Positions 11,540 to 23,200 of a stretch of DNA of 64,000 nt are shown here, piece by piece (the first letter of the stretch is position 1; the number at the start of each line of letters is the position of its first letter). Source of the stretch: Macrostomum hystrix. Lineage: Eukaryota > Animalia > Platyhelminthes. Location of the stretch: positions 21,948,001 to 22,012,000 of the forward strand of contig CATNEN010000038.1 in the NCBI GenBank assembly GCA_950097015.1, given 5' to 3'. The translations under genes and the position numbers were made by a program. Under the pieces are notes generated by a model. The model was not told the origin of the DNA, did not search any database, and saw only the letters and a list, made by a program, of their open reading frames with translations.

Positions 11540-14500
11540 GACCTAATCCCCTCTCAGTTCCTCACCCTGATCCCCTTACAGTTCCTCACCTTAATTCCCT
11601 CTCTGTTCCTCACCCTGATCCCCTCTCTGTTCCTCACCCTAATCCCCTCTCAGTTCCTCTCTCTGATCCCCTCTCTGTTCCTCTCCCTGATCCCCTCTCT
11701 GTTCCTCACCCTAATCCCCTCTCAGGTCCTCTCTCTGATCCCCTCTCAGTTCCTCACCCTAATCCCCTCTCTGTTCCTCACCCTGATCCCCTCTCAGTTC
11801 CTCACGCTAATTCCCTCTCAGTTCCTCACCCTAATCCCCTCTCAGTTCCTCTCTCTGATCCCCTCTAAGTTTCTCACCCTAATCCCCTCTCTGTTCCTCA
11901 CCCTAATCCCCTCTCAGTTCCTCTCTCTGATCCCCTCTCAGTTCCTCACCCTAATCCCCTCTCAGTTCCTGACCCTAATCCCCTCTCTGTTCCTCTCTCT
12001 GATCCCCTCTCTGTTCCTCTCCCTGATCCCCTCTAAGTTCCTCACCCTAATCCCCTCTCAGTTCCTCTCTCTGATCCCCTCTCAGTTCCTCACCCTAATC
12101 CCCTCTCTGTTCCTCACCCTAATCCTCTCTCAGTTCCTCACCCTGATCCCCTCTCAGTTCCTCACCTTAATTCCCTCTCTGTTCCTCACCCTGATCCCCT
12201 CTCAGTTACTCACCCTAATCCGCTCTCTGTTCCTCACCCTAATCCCCTCTCAGTTCCTCACCTTAATTCCCTCTCAGTTCCTCACCCTAATCCCCTCTCT
12301 GTTCCTCTCCCTGATCCCCTCTCTGTTCCTCACCCTAATCCCCTCTCAGTTCCTCACCCTGATCCCCTCTCAGTTCCTCACGCTAATTCCCTCTCTGTTC
12401 CTCACCCTAATCCCCTCTCAGTTCTTCTCTCTCTGATCCCCTCTCAGTTCCTCACCCTAATCCCCTCTCAGTTCCTGACCCTAATCCCCTCTCTGTTCCT
12501 CTTTCTGATCCCCTCTCTGTTCCTCTCCCTGATCCCCTCTAAGTTCCTCACCCTAATCCCCTCTCAGTTCCTCTCTCTGATCCCCTCTCAGTTCCTCACC
12601 CTAATCCCCTCTCTGTTCCTCACCCTAATCCTCTCTCAGTTCCTCACCCTGATCCCCTCTCAGTTCCTCACCCTAATCCCCTCTCTGTTCCTCACCTTAA
12701 TTCCCTCTCTGTTCCTCACCCTGATCCCCTCTCAGTTACTCACCCTAATCCCCTCTCTGTTCCTCACCCTAATCCCCTCTCAGTTCCTCACCTTAATTCC
12801 CTCTCAGTTCCTCACCCTAATCCCCTCTCCGTTCCTCTCCCTGATCCCCTCTCTGTTCCTCACCCTAATCCCCTCTCAGTTCCTCTCTCTGATCCCCTCT
12901 CAGTTCCTCACCCTAATCCCCTCTCTGTTCCTCACCCTAATCCTCTCTCAGTTCCTCACCCTGATCCCCTCACAGTTCCTCACCTTAATTCCCTCTCAGT
13001 TCCTGACCCTAATCCCCTCTCTGTTCCTCTCTCTGATCCCCTCTAAGTTCCTCACCCTAATCCCCTCTCTGTTCCTCACCCTAATTCCCTCACAGTTCCT
13101 CACCTTAATTCCCTCTGAGTTCCTGACCCTAATCCCCTCTCTGTTCCTCTCTCTGATCCCCTCTCTGTTCCTCTCTCTGATCCCCTCTCAGTTCCTCACC
13201 CTAATCCCCTCTCTGTTCCTCACCCTAATCCTCTCTCAGTTCCTCACCCTGATCCCCTCTCAGTTCCTCACCTTAATTCCCTCTCTGTTCCTCACCCTGA
13301 TCCCCTCTCAGTTCCTCACCCTAATCCCCTCTCTGTTCCTCACCCTAATCCCCTCTCTGTTCCTCTCTCTGATCCCCTCTCTGTTCCTCTCCCTGATCCC
13401 CTCTCTGTTCCTCACCCTAATCCCCTCTCAGGTCCTCTCTCTGATCCCCTCTCAGTTCCTCACCCTAATCCCCTCTCTGTTCCTCACCCTGATCCCCTCT
13501 CAGTTCCTCACGCTAATTCCCTCTCAGTTCCTCACCCTAATCCCCTCTCAGTTCCTCTCTCTGATCCCCTCTAAGTTCCTCACCCTAATCCCCTCTCTGT
13601 TCCTCACCCTAATCCCCTCTCAGTTCCTCTCTCTGATCCCCTCTCAGTTCCTCACCCTAATCCCCTCTCAGTTCCTGACCCTAATCCCCTCTCTGTTCCT
13701 CTCTCTGATCCCCTCTCTGTTCCTCTCCCTGATCCCCTCTCTGTTCCTCACCCTAATCCCCTCTCAGGTCCTCTCTCTGATCCCCTCTCAGTTCCTCACC
13801 CTAATCCCCTCTCTGTTCCTCACCCTGATCCCCTCTCAGTTCCTCACGCTAATTCCCTCTCAGTTCCTCACCCTAATCCCCTCTCAGTTCCTCTCTCTGA
13901 TCCCCTCTCAGTTCCTCACCCTAATCCCCTCTCTGTTCCTCACCCTAATCCCCTCTCTGTTCCTCTCTCTGATCCCCTCTCTGTTCCTCTCTCTGATCCC
14001 CTCTCAGTTCCTCACCCTAATCCCCTCTCTGTTCCTCACCCTAATCCTCTCTCAGTTCCTCACCCTGATCCCCTCTCAGTTCCTCACCTTAATTCCCTCT
14101 CTGTTCCTCACCCTGATCCCCTCTCAGTTCCTCACCCTAATCCCCTCTCTGTTCCTCACCCTAATCCCCTCTCTGTTCCTCTCTCTGATCCCCTCTCTGT
14201 TCCTCTCCCTGATCCCCTCTCTGTTCCTCACCCTAATCCCCTCTCAGGTCCTCTCTCTGATCCCCTCTCAGTTCCTCACCCTAATCCCCTCTCTGTTCCT
14301 CACCCTGATCCCCTCTCAGTTCCTCACGCTAATTCCCTCTCAGTTCCTCACCCTAATCCCCTCTCAGTTCCTCTCTCTGATCCCCTCTAAGTTCCTCACC
14401 CTAATCCCCTCTCTGTTCCTCACCCTAATCCCCTCTCAGTTCCTCTCTCTGATCCCCTCTCAGTTCCTCACCCTAATCCCCTCTCAGTTCCTGACCCTAA

Positions 14501-16215
14501 TCCCCTCTCTGTTCCTCTCTCTGATCCCCTCTCTGTTCCTCTCCCTGATCCCCTCTCTGTTCCTCACCCTAATCCCCTCTCAGGTCCTCTCTCTGATCCC
14601 CTCTCAGTTCCTCACCCTAATCCCCTCTCTGTTCCTCACCCTGATCCCCTCTCAGTTCCTCACGCTAATTCCCTCTCAGTTCCTCACCCTAATCCCCTCT
14701 CAGTTCCTCTCTCTGATCCCCTCTAAGTTCCTCACCCTAATCCCCTCTCTGTTCCTCACCCTAATCCCCTCTCAGTTCCTCTCTCTGATCCCCTCTCAGT
14801 TCCTCACCCTAATCCCCTCTCAGTTCCTGACCCTAATCCCCTCTCTGTTCCTCTCCCTGATCCCCTCTAAGTTCCTCACCCTAATCCCCTCTCAGTTCCT
14901 CTCTCTGATCCCCTCTCAGTTCCTCACCCTAATCCCCTCTCTGTTCCTCACCCTAATCCTCTCTCAGTTCCTCACCCTGATCCCCTCTCAGTTCCTCACC
15001 TTAATTCCCTCTCTGTTCCTCACCCTGATCCCCTCTCAGTTACTCACCCTAATCCCCTCTCTGTTCCTCACCCTAATCCCCTCTCAGTTCCTCACCTTAA
15101 TTCCCTCTCAGTTCCTCACCCTAATCCCCTCTCTGTTCCTCTCCATGATCCCCTCTCTGTTCCTCACACTAATCCCCTCTCAGTTCCTCTCTCTGATCCC
15201 CTCTCAGTTCCTCACCCTAATCCCCTCTCTGTTCCTCACCCTAATCCTCTCTCAGTTCCTCACCCTGATCCCCTCACAGTTCCTCACCTGAATTCCCTCT
15301 CAGTTCCTGACCCTAATCCCCTCTCTGTTCCTCTCTCTGATCCCCTCTAAGTTCCTCACCCTAATCCCCTCTCTGTTCCTCACCCTAATTCCCTCACAGT
15401 TCCTCACCTTAATTCCCTCTGAGTTCCTGACCCTAATCCCCTCTCTGTTCCTCTCTCTGATCCCCTCTCTGTTCCTCTCTCTGATCCCCTCTCAGTTCCT
15501 CACCCTAATCCCCTCTCTGTTCCTCACCCTAATCCTCTCTCAGTTCCTCACCCTAATCCCCTCTTAGTTCCTGACCTTAATTTCCTCTCAGTTCCTCACC
15601 CTGATCCCCTCTCTGTTCTTCACCCTGATCCCCTCTCAGTTCCTCACCTTAATTCCCTCTCAGTTCCTCACCCTAATCCCCTCTCTGTTCCTCTCCCTGA
15701 TCCCCTCTCAGTTCCTCACCCTAATCCCCTCTAAGTTCCTCACCCTAATCCCCTCTCTGTTCCTCACCCTAATTCCCTCTCAGGTCCTCTCTCTGATCCC
15801 CTCTCAGTTCCTCACCCTAATCCCCTCTCTGTTCCTCTCTCTGATCCCCTCTCTGTTCCTCTCTCTGATCCCCTCTCAGTTCATCACCCTAATCCCCTCT
15901 CTGTTCCTCACCCTAATCCTCTCTCAGTTCCTCACCCTGATCCCCTCTCAGTTCCTCACCTTAATTCCCTCTCTGTTCCTCACCCTAATCCCCTCTCTGT
16001 TCCTCTCCCTGATCCCCTCTCTGTTCCTCACCCTAATCCCCTCTCAGGTCCTCTCTCTGATCCCCTCTCAGTTCCTCACCCTAATCCCCTCTCTGTTCCT
16101 CACCCTGATCCCCTCTCAGTTCCTCACGCTAATTCCCTCTCAGTTCCTCACCCTAATCCCCTCTCAGTTCCTGACCCTAATCCCCTCTCTGTTCCTCTCT
16201 CTGATCCCCTCTAAT
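11540..16215. repeat. 24-bp satellite (CCCTAATCCCCTCTCAGTTCCTCA), ~195 copies, with higher-order structure
   Basis: Direct periodicity; the rare variant CAGGTCC recurs at 13431/14247 and 13767/14583 (816 bp = 34 units). Confidence 0.97.
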
Positions 16216-17677
16216 GCTCCCCTCTATGCCGCATAAATCGAGCGGCATAAATCGAGCGGCAACCAATGAGAATTCGACTTAAAGTGAGTGCTCTATGGTC
16301 CTCCTTCTAATTGGTTGCTGGGTTGGACATAGTTTAATTCGATTCATTCTATTCTTCGTTTGAATAATTGATTAATTGTTAAGGGGATGAATAGGGAGAA
16401 TTGGGTGATATTGGGTTAGACTGCATGAGATTTAGTGAGATTGAGGGACATTGGATTGTTATGGGAGAGAAAGGGTGAGATTGGGTTAGATTGAGTGAGA
16501 TGGGGTTAGATTGAGTGAGATTAAGTGAGATTGGGTGAGATAGAGTGATGTTGAGTGAGATGGGTGAGGTGGCGTTAGGTGAGGTGGCAAACAAAGCGTT
16601 TCTTTAGGGTAGCATATAGATAGCTTACATTGTAACTTTGCTAGCTGTCTAAAGCGGATACATGCACCCACAATATTTTTTCCAACAACTATAAGCAACA
16701 AAGCGGAAGCGGCCAAGAGTAATATTAACTGCTTCCTCTTAGAGGCTGTGCCAGACACTGGGACCATGAAGTTTGATAGCCGAAATACAACTGAATCCCT
16801 AAAGGTAAATCTATGATTCAAGACAGTGACTGGTAGTTCTATGGGAGACAGTGGGTATCTCGTAGATTTTCTAGGTAGCTAGCTTATAGCTAGAAAGACA
16901 GTTACTATAGCAACACTTTATTGCGGAGACTGGCTAGATTGTCTAGCTATGGGATACGCTGTCTAGATTGATTGTTCACGGGAGACAAGCTAATCGCAAA
17001 CTCATTTATTCTTACCAGCCCGTCGATGACCTGAGCGGTCAGCCAAGACTCAATCTACGGCCATGAGCTTCTGCTGCAGTTTCATGATGCTCGAACTTCT
17101 GGGAAGCAGTCTTAGAATCGACACAAATATCAATGTCATCCGCAGCTTCCGTTTGTAAAAGTACATTTCCGCAGCTTCCAAAATCTGTAAAGCGATAGGT
17201 GTCCAGACTAAATAAACACAGCAGTGATAAGAAAAACCAGAGTCCAGACTAGACAAACAAAGCGTTTCTTAGAGTAGCATATAGATAGCTAGCTTATTGT
17301 AACTTGGCTAGTTGTCAATAACTGAGACACCCACCATAATTGTTTCTCTGTAACTTTTTCTCTGTTTCCTCTTTCCTCCTTCTCGCCTTAGAAGCCGTGC
17401 CAAATAATCGGGCCATGAACTTTGATCGCGGAAACGGAAATGCAACTGAATCCGGAGAGGTAAAACTATAAATCGAGAAAGTGGCTGGTTGTTCTATGGG
17501 AGACAGTGGGTAGCTACTACGAGTAGATCAAAATCTTGTAGATTTTCTAGATAGTTAACTATAGCTAGAAAAGACAGTAGCTAACTATAGCTATAGCTGA
17601 TCTCTTTCTGACTTGCTCATGCCATTTTAAAGAACTGACTTACCTGTATTACGTATTACGTATTATGACTTACGTAT

Positions 17678-18876
17678 TAACCTGGAAAGTCAGCTAGAAA
17701 ATTTTATCTTGACTCTGACTATGTCAGCAGTATATGGCTGTCGTCGGTGTCCCAATAGATTTGAGCACACTTTATCGAGTGGGATTCAATTGAAAATCAA
17801 TCTAGAAATGATTTCCTACACGACTGAGTTGGTTTCATGATTTCAAATGATTTCCACTCGAACTTATTAACCTGGAAAGTCAGCTAGAAAATTTTATCTT
17901 GACTCTGACTATGTCAGCAGTATATGGCTGTCATCGGTGTCCCAATAGATTTGAGCACACTTTATCGAGTGGGATTCAATTGAAAATCAATCTAGAAATG
18001 ATTTCCTACACGACTGAGTTGGTTTCATGATTTCAAATGATTTCCACTCGAACTTATTAACCTGGAAAGTCACCTAGAAAATTTTATCTTGACTCTGACT
18101 ATGTCAGCAGTATATGGCTGTCATCGGTGTCCCAATAGATTTGAGCACACTTTATCGAGTGGGATTCAATTGAAAATCAATCTAGAAATGATTTCCTACA
18201 CGACTGAGTTGGTTTCATGATTTCAAATGATTTCCACTCGAACTTATTAACCTGGAAAGTCAGCTAGAAAATTTTATCTTGACTCTGACTATGTCAGCAG
18301 TATATGGCTGTCATCGGTGTCCCAATAGATTTGAGCACACTTTATCGAGTGGGATTCAATTGAAAATCAATCTAGAAATGATTTCCTACACGACTGAGTT
18401 GGTTTCATGATTTCAAATGATTTCCACTCGAACTTATTAACCTGGAAAGTCACCTAGAAAATTTTATCTTGACTCTGACTATGTCAGCAGTATATGGCTG
18501 TCATCGGTGTCCCAATAGATTTGAGCACACTTTATCGAGTGGGATTCAATTGAAAATCAATCTAGAAATGATTTCCTACACGACTGAGTTGGTTTCATGA
18601 TTTCAAATGATTTCCACTCGAACTTATTAACCTGGAAAGTCAAAGCTTAAAAAATACAGCGCAGCCTACTAACAGTAGACTTTGAGGATATGCCCCGAAT
18701 TTAATTTACCCTTCTCACCCACCTCCCACCGGCGTGAATCCCACCGGTTTGGCTATACGCCCCGCCGGCGGGGCGCTTGGCCAAACTATACGCCCCCCCG
18801 CCGGTCACTGGTGGGAGGGCGCATAGCGGGGCGTACAGAGGGGCGCTAGCGCCCAACCCGCCGGTGTCCCACCGGG
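17678..18876 (-). repeat. Right TIR region with 5 tandem 190-bp units
   Basis: CCTGGAAAGT at 17681, 17871, 18061, 18251, 18441 and 18631; inverted relative to 3347-3673. Confidence 0.95.
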
Positions 18877-19164
18877 AAACGACTGCCCGCCAAACCGTAG
18901 GCTGACTCGCTGACTGGCAGATGGGAATTTCTGCTATAGGAATATCGAGATTCTCAAAATGTTTGGTTCATTAGAATGCTTATATTTTAACTGAATATTG
19001 TGTGTCTAAACTGTTTTATCTTGTGAGCTTAAATGAAATTTAAGGAAGATGAAAATCGTCATTTTTTAGACAATTCGCAAAGTTTTGCTGCAGAAATTCG
19101 AAAAGCTTATTAGTTCATTCGATAGGTAATCATGCTTTCTACAAGTTAGGCTGCTTTTCGCTCT

Positions 19165-19785
19165 CATCTCTCCCGTGTCTCATCTTCCCCTGTGTCGTCT
19201 CTCCCGTGTCTCATCTCTCCCGTGTCTCATCTTCCCCTGTGTCGTCTCTCCCGTGTCTCGTCTCTCCCGTGTCTCATCTTCCCCTGTGTCGTCTCTCCAG
19301 TGTCTCACCTTCCCCTGTGTCGTCTCTCCCATGTCTCGTCTCTCCCGTGTGTCGTCTCTCCCGTGTCTCATCTCTCCCGTGTCTCGTCTCTCCCGTGTCT
19401 CATCTCTCCCGTGTCTCATCTCTCCCGTGTCTCATCTTCCCCTATGTCGTCTCTCCCGTGTCTCATCTCTCCCGTGTCTCATCTTCCCCTGTGTCGTCTC
19501 TCCCGTGTCTCGTCTCTCCCGTGTCTCATCTTCCCCTGTGTCGTCTCTCCCGTGTCTCATCTCTCCCGTGTCTCGTCTCTCCCGTGTGTCGTCTCTCCCG
19601 TGTCTCATCTCTCCCGTGTCTCGTCTCTCCCGTATCTCATCTCTCCCGTGTCTCATCTCTCCCGTGTCTCATCTTCCCCTGTGTCGTCTCTCCCATGTCT
19701 CGTCTCTCCCGTGTCTCATCTCTCCCGTGTCTCATCTTCCCCTGTGTCGTCTCTCCCGTGTCTCGTCTCTCACGTGTCTCATCTT
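19165..19785. repeat. 16-bp minisatellite (CCCGTGTCTCATCTCT)
   Basis: Direct periodicity; same family as 40505-40805. Confidence 0.93.
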
Positions 19786-20202
19786 ACTGTCCTAATATTC
19801 AAGTTCGCGTTTCAAGTTTCAAGTTTAATTCAAGTTATTCTAGTTTCAAGTTCTCGTTTATATTTATTGTTTTGATAACACGGTTAAAGGACAAATATGA
19901 GTATGTGTAAAAGTACATCCTTGTTATCGTCCAGCAAAACATTGTCCGCTCCACTATATATTTATACCGATTATATAGATTTTTTAGACATGAGTTTACA
20001 ACATGAGGGCAAAGATACAAATTTCCAAAGCTAGTTCCCCAGTGAGCTCCGCGAACGCCAACAACACACAGGCCACGCGCGAAGCGCGTGGCCTGTGTGC
20101 TGTTGGGGTGAGCGGAGCGAGCGCGAAGGCACGAAGTGCCAAGCACGAGGAACAAACAGCCAGCCAATGCGCGAAGCGCATTGGGTGGCCTGGCTTGTGA
20201 CG

Positions 20203-23200
20203 AGTTAATAAGTTAAGACGTGTGCAGAAGAAAAATTTGAAAAATGCTCTCACTAAAAATGCTGTAACTTCGAAACCACTGCACCTAACTCGACAAATGG
20301 GGTATCATTTTAAAGAGAAGATTCTGCTCTTTCGTGTGAATATAATTTTGTAATGGTAGAGCCTACTATTGTAGCACAGTAAGACAGTGAACAAATCGTT
20401 TCGTTTTTTTGCACCCACAAAAGTGCATTTCCTCATGCACTTGAAGAGTTTGAGAGGAAATGTCTGAGGGTTATATGTGCGCCTGTCTAAGTCACATGAT
20501 AATATCGGGTTACTTTTTTTAATTGGTTCAAAAAGTTGGCACTTTGGTGACAAAACGTGCAAAAGAAGAAAGTGTGCACTTTTCGTTTTTTCGAAGTTGT
20601 GCTGGAACCAAAGAAGCTAGAATGATGCACTATGCGTCAATCGATGCGAAATTCGAAGTTGCATAAGTGTGTAAAGTTTCAAATCTTAATCTTCTTGCAT
20701 GCCGAAGTTATTTAAGGAATACTGAAAATCCCGTTCTCAAACTGCTTTCCGAAAAAGTGCTCATTATAATTTATGGAATGTGCTAGAGACAAGCGAATGC
20801 CATCATTTGTTTCCTAACTTACTGTAGTTTAATGGTATGCAAGGAGTTTTTTCTATACGGAGTGGATCCCTGTGAAAATTGCTGTCGAAGTTGAAAAAGT
20901 AACTTTTTTCTTCAGCTCTGTATTTTTGGCAAGTCATTTCGCCGATTAACTATCACTGTGATAGTTAGAAGTCAGAGTCAGAACCCAAGGCCAACACAGC
21001 CAAACCATAGGCAGGCTGCCTGCCTTTCCTTCCTAACCTATCCCTCCCGGGGTATCCCATCGTTCCTTCCTTCCTTCGCTTCGCATGAATCTCGGATGTA
21101 CATTGACACTCACTAATGTACACATTACTTCCGAGCGAGACAAACAGTCTACACCCCTTTCCGCCAGCCGCCACTCAGTAAGCAAATGCCCTTCCCTTGT
21201 GTGGTATTGGAGAAGCCAGCCCTGCAATGCGATAGGATGCAGAGGATTGGTTGGCGTTGGCGGAAGGTGGGGCCTTGGACTGTGGGGTGCGTGCACAGAC
21301 GGAGAAGAGAAGGAGAAAGAGATTCACCCTGGACTGTACACTGAACACTGTTGCAAGAAGGGATTGGGGAAGAAGGGACAGACAGTGCGTCCTTTCCAAG
21401 AGGTGGATGGGTTCAGTCGACTGGGATGAAACGATTCAGGCTTTCTCAGGCTTTGTTTCAAGATGCCATTTTAATTGTAGCGTAGAGCGCATCATATCTT
21501 CGTCTCTGACTATTAATTAACATACGTGCTTAATATTTTCCATTCTTTGTTTTCGAAGATCTACAGTAATCAGTAGATGTAGACCTATTCAGGGCAGGTA
21601 ACTGCCATGCACTGCCAGTGCCATACTGATGGCAACTGACAGTGCCACTGCCACTGTATCAGCAAGTCCCAGTGCGACTCTGATGGCAACTGACAGTGCC
21701 ACTGCCACTGTATCTGCAAGTCCCAGTGCGACTCTGATGGCAACTGACAGTGCCACTGTATCTGCAAGTCCCAGTGCGACTCTGATGGCAACTGACAGTG
21801 CCACTGTATCTGCAAGTCCCAGTGCGACTCTGATGGCAACTGACAGTGCCACTGTATCTGCAAGTCCCAGTGCGACTCTGATGGCAACTGACAGTGCCAC
21901 TGCCACTGTATCTGCAAGTCCCAGTGCGACTCTGATGGCAACTGACAGTGCCACTGTATCTGCAAGTCCCAGTGCGACTCTGATGGCAACTGACAGTGCC
22001 ACTGTATCTGCAAGTCCCAGTGCGACTCTGATGGCAACTGACAGTGCCACTGCATCTGCAAGTCCCAGTTCGACCCTGGTGGTTAAAGAAAGAGAGGACA
22101 TAATTTCCACACTGACTGATGATGTTGCGCACAGTGTGCCTCGCATTTGCCTTCAACGAAGTTCATCAGGTAAGTGGCACATTGCTTCTCTCACACATGT
22201 GACTGCTGTGAATGATTGCATCTCCGATGAACTGCCATTGACTGAATCAGTTGTGGAATGGCGGACCCAAAAGCGACTTCGTAGAAATCGTTCTTCAAAG
22301 GCTGAATTGATGGGGCGACGGTGTCAAGAACCTGAAAATGACACACGTGTTAGCCAGTGCACTCGAACGAGGACGCCCCGTGCAGTGTCAGAATCGACGA
22401 ACAGCAAGAGACAAAAGATAGATGAAAAATCGAACCGATTTGCAGCCTTTCCAACCTTTAATGTGGACTTGGATGCTTCAAGTGAGAACTCCAGTACATC
22501 CGAAGATTACTCTTTAGAATGTCAACAAAAAGTCACTCCCACAATCATTCATGCAGAAGCTGAAACGAATCTAAAACAGTCTGCGCCGAATTATAATGGT
22601 TCTAACTCAAACTTCATTCCAATGCCAGAATTGCACAGAGAGCGTGTTCCTGGAGATGGAAATTGCTTCTTTCATGCTCTCAGCAAATCCTTGCGTGGAA
22701 CAAATCTGGCTCGGAGTAGCGCCGAGCTTCGAGAATTCCTAGGAGAGGCTGCTATTCCTTATCTGAGAGCAATGCAAAATGAAGGTTTTTTCGATGAAGC
22801 CGGATTTCATGACATAGTTGCTGCAACTTTTTTAACTGGACAATATGTTCCAGATGAGGTTCCTACTGTTATAAGCAGCTGCTTAAATGTAGACATGTAC
22901 ATTTATAATGCCGATGGAACAGTGAGAATGCAGCGCACAGTTCAGCAGCCTGCTGCTGTAGTTCGACTATTATTTCACAATGAACACTATGACGTACTAC
23001 TTCCTACAGCCAATAATGGCGTTCGTTCGCCTGGATGGTCCAGTGAAGGTGAGCATAGGCGAAAACTAAGAGCTGATAATATGCCCACTACATCGAGTTT
23101 TGAAGGGGATGCGATCGACAAAAACTTTACTTCAAAGAAGCTGCCGAAACCTCGAAAACCATGCAAGCGTCTGCTTCCAACTATTTTTGAGGACAGTACC

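Larger units (their letters stand above)
3122..18876 (+). mobile_element. EnSpm/CMC (CACTA-Mirage-Chapaev) superfamily DNA transposon, 15,755 bp
   Basis: Left end CCCGGTGGGACA (3122) and right end TGTCCCACCGGG (18876), flanked by AA on both sides (3120-3121, 18877-18878); ~550-bp inverted repeats; internal CMC-type transposase. Confidence 0.9.

Noticed and set aside
11510-12436. 308-aa LIPSQFLT-repeat ORF
   Set aside because: Translation of the 24-bp satellite
17678-18641. Possible CRISPR-like or RNA gene array
   Set aside because: Units are near-identical with no unique spacers and form part of the transposon TIR; no cas genes
19175-19910. Cys/Ser/Pro-rich ORFs on both strands
   Set aside because: 16-bp minisatellite artefacts
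20965-21520. Short overlapping ORFs in the Helitron 5' region (repeated at 26761-27316)
   Set aside because: No recognisable motifs; treated as UTR or promoter sequence
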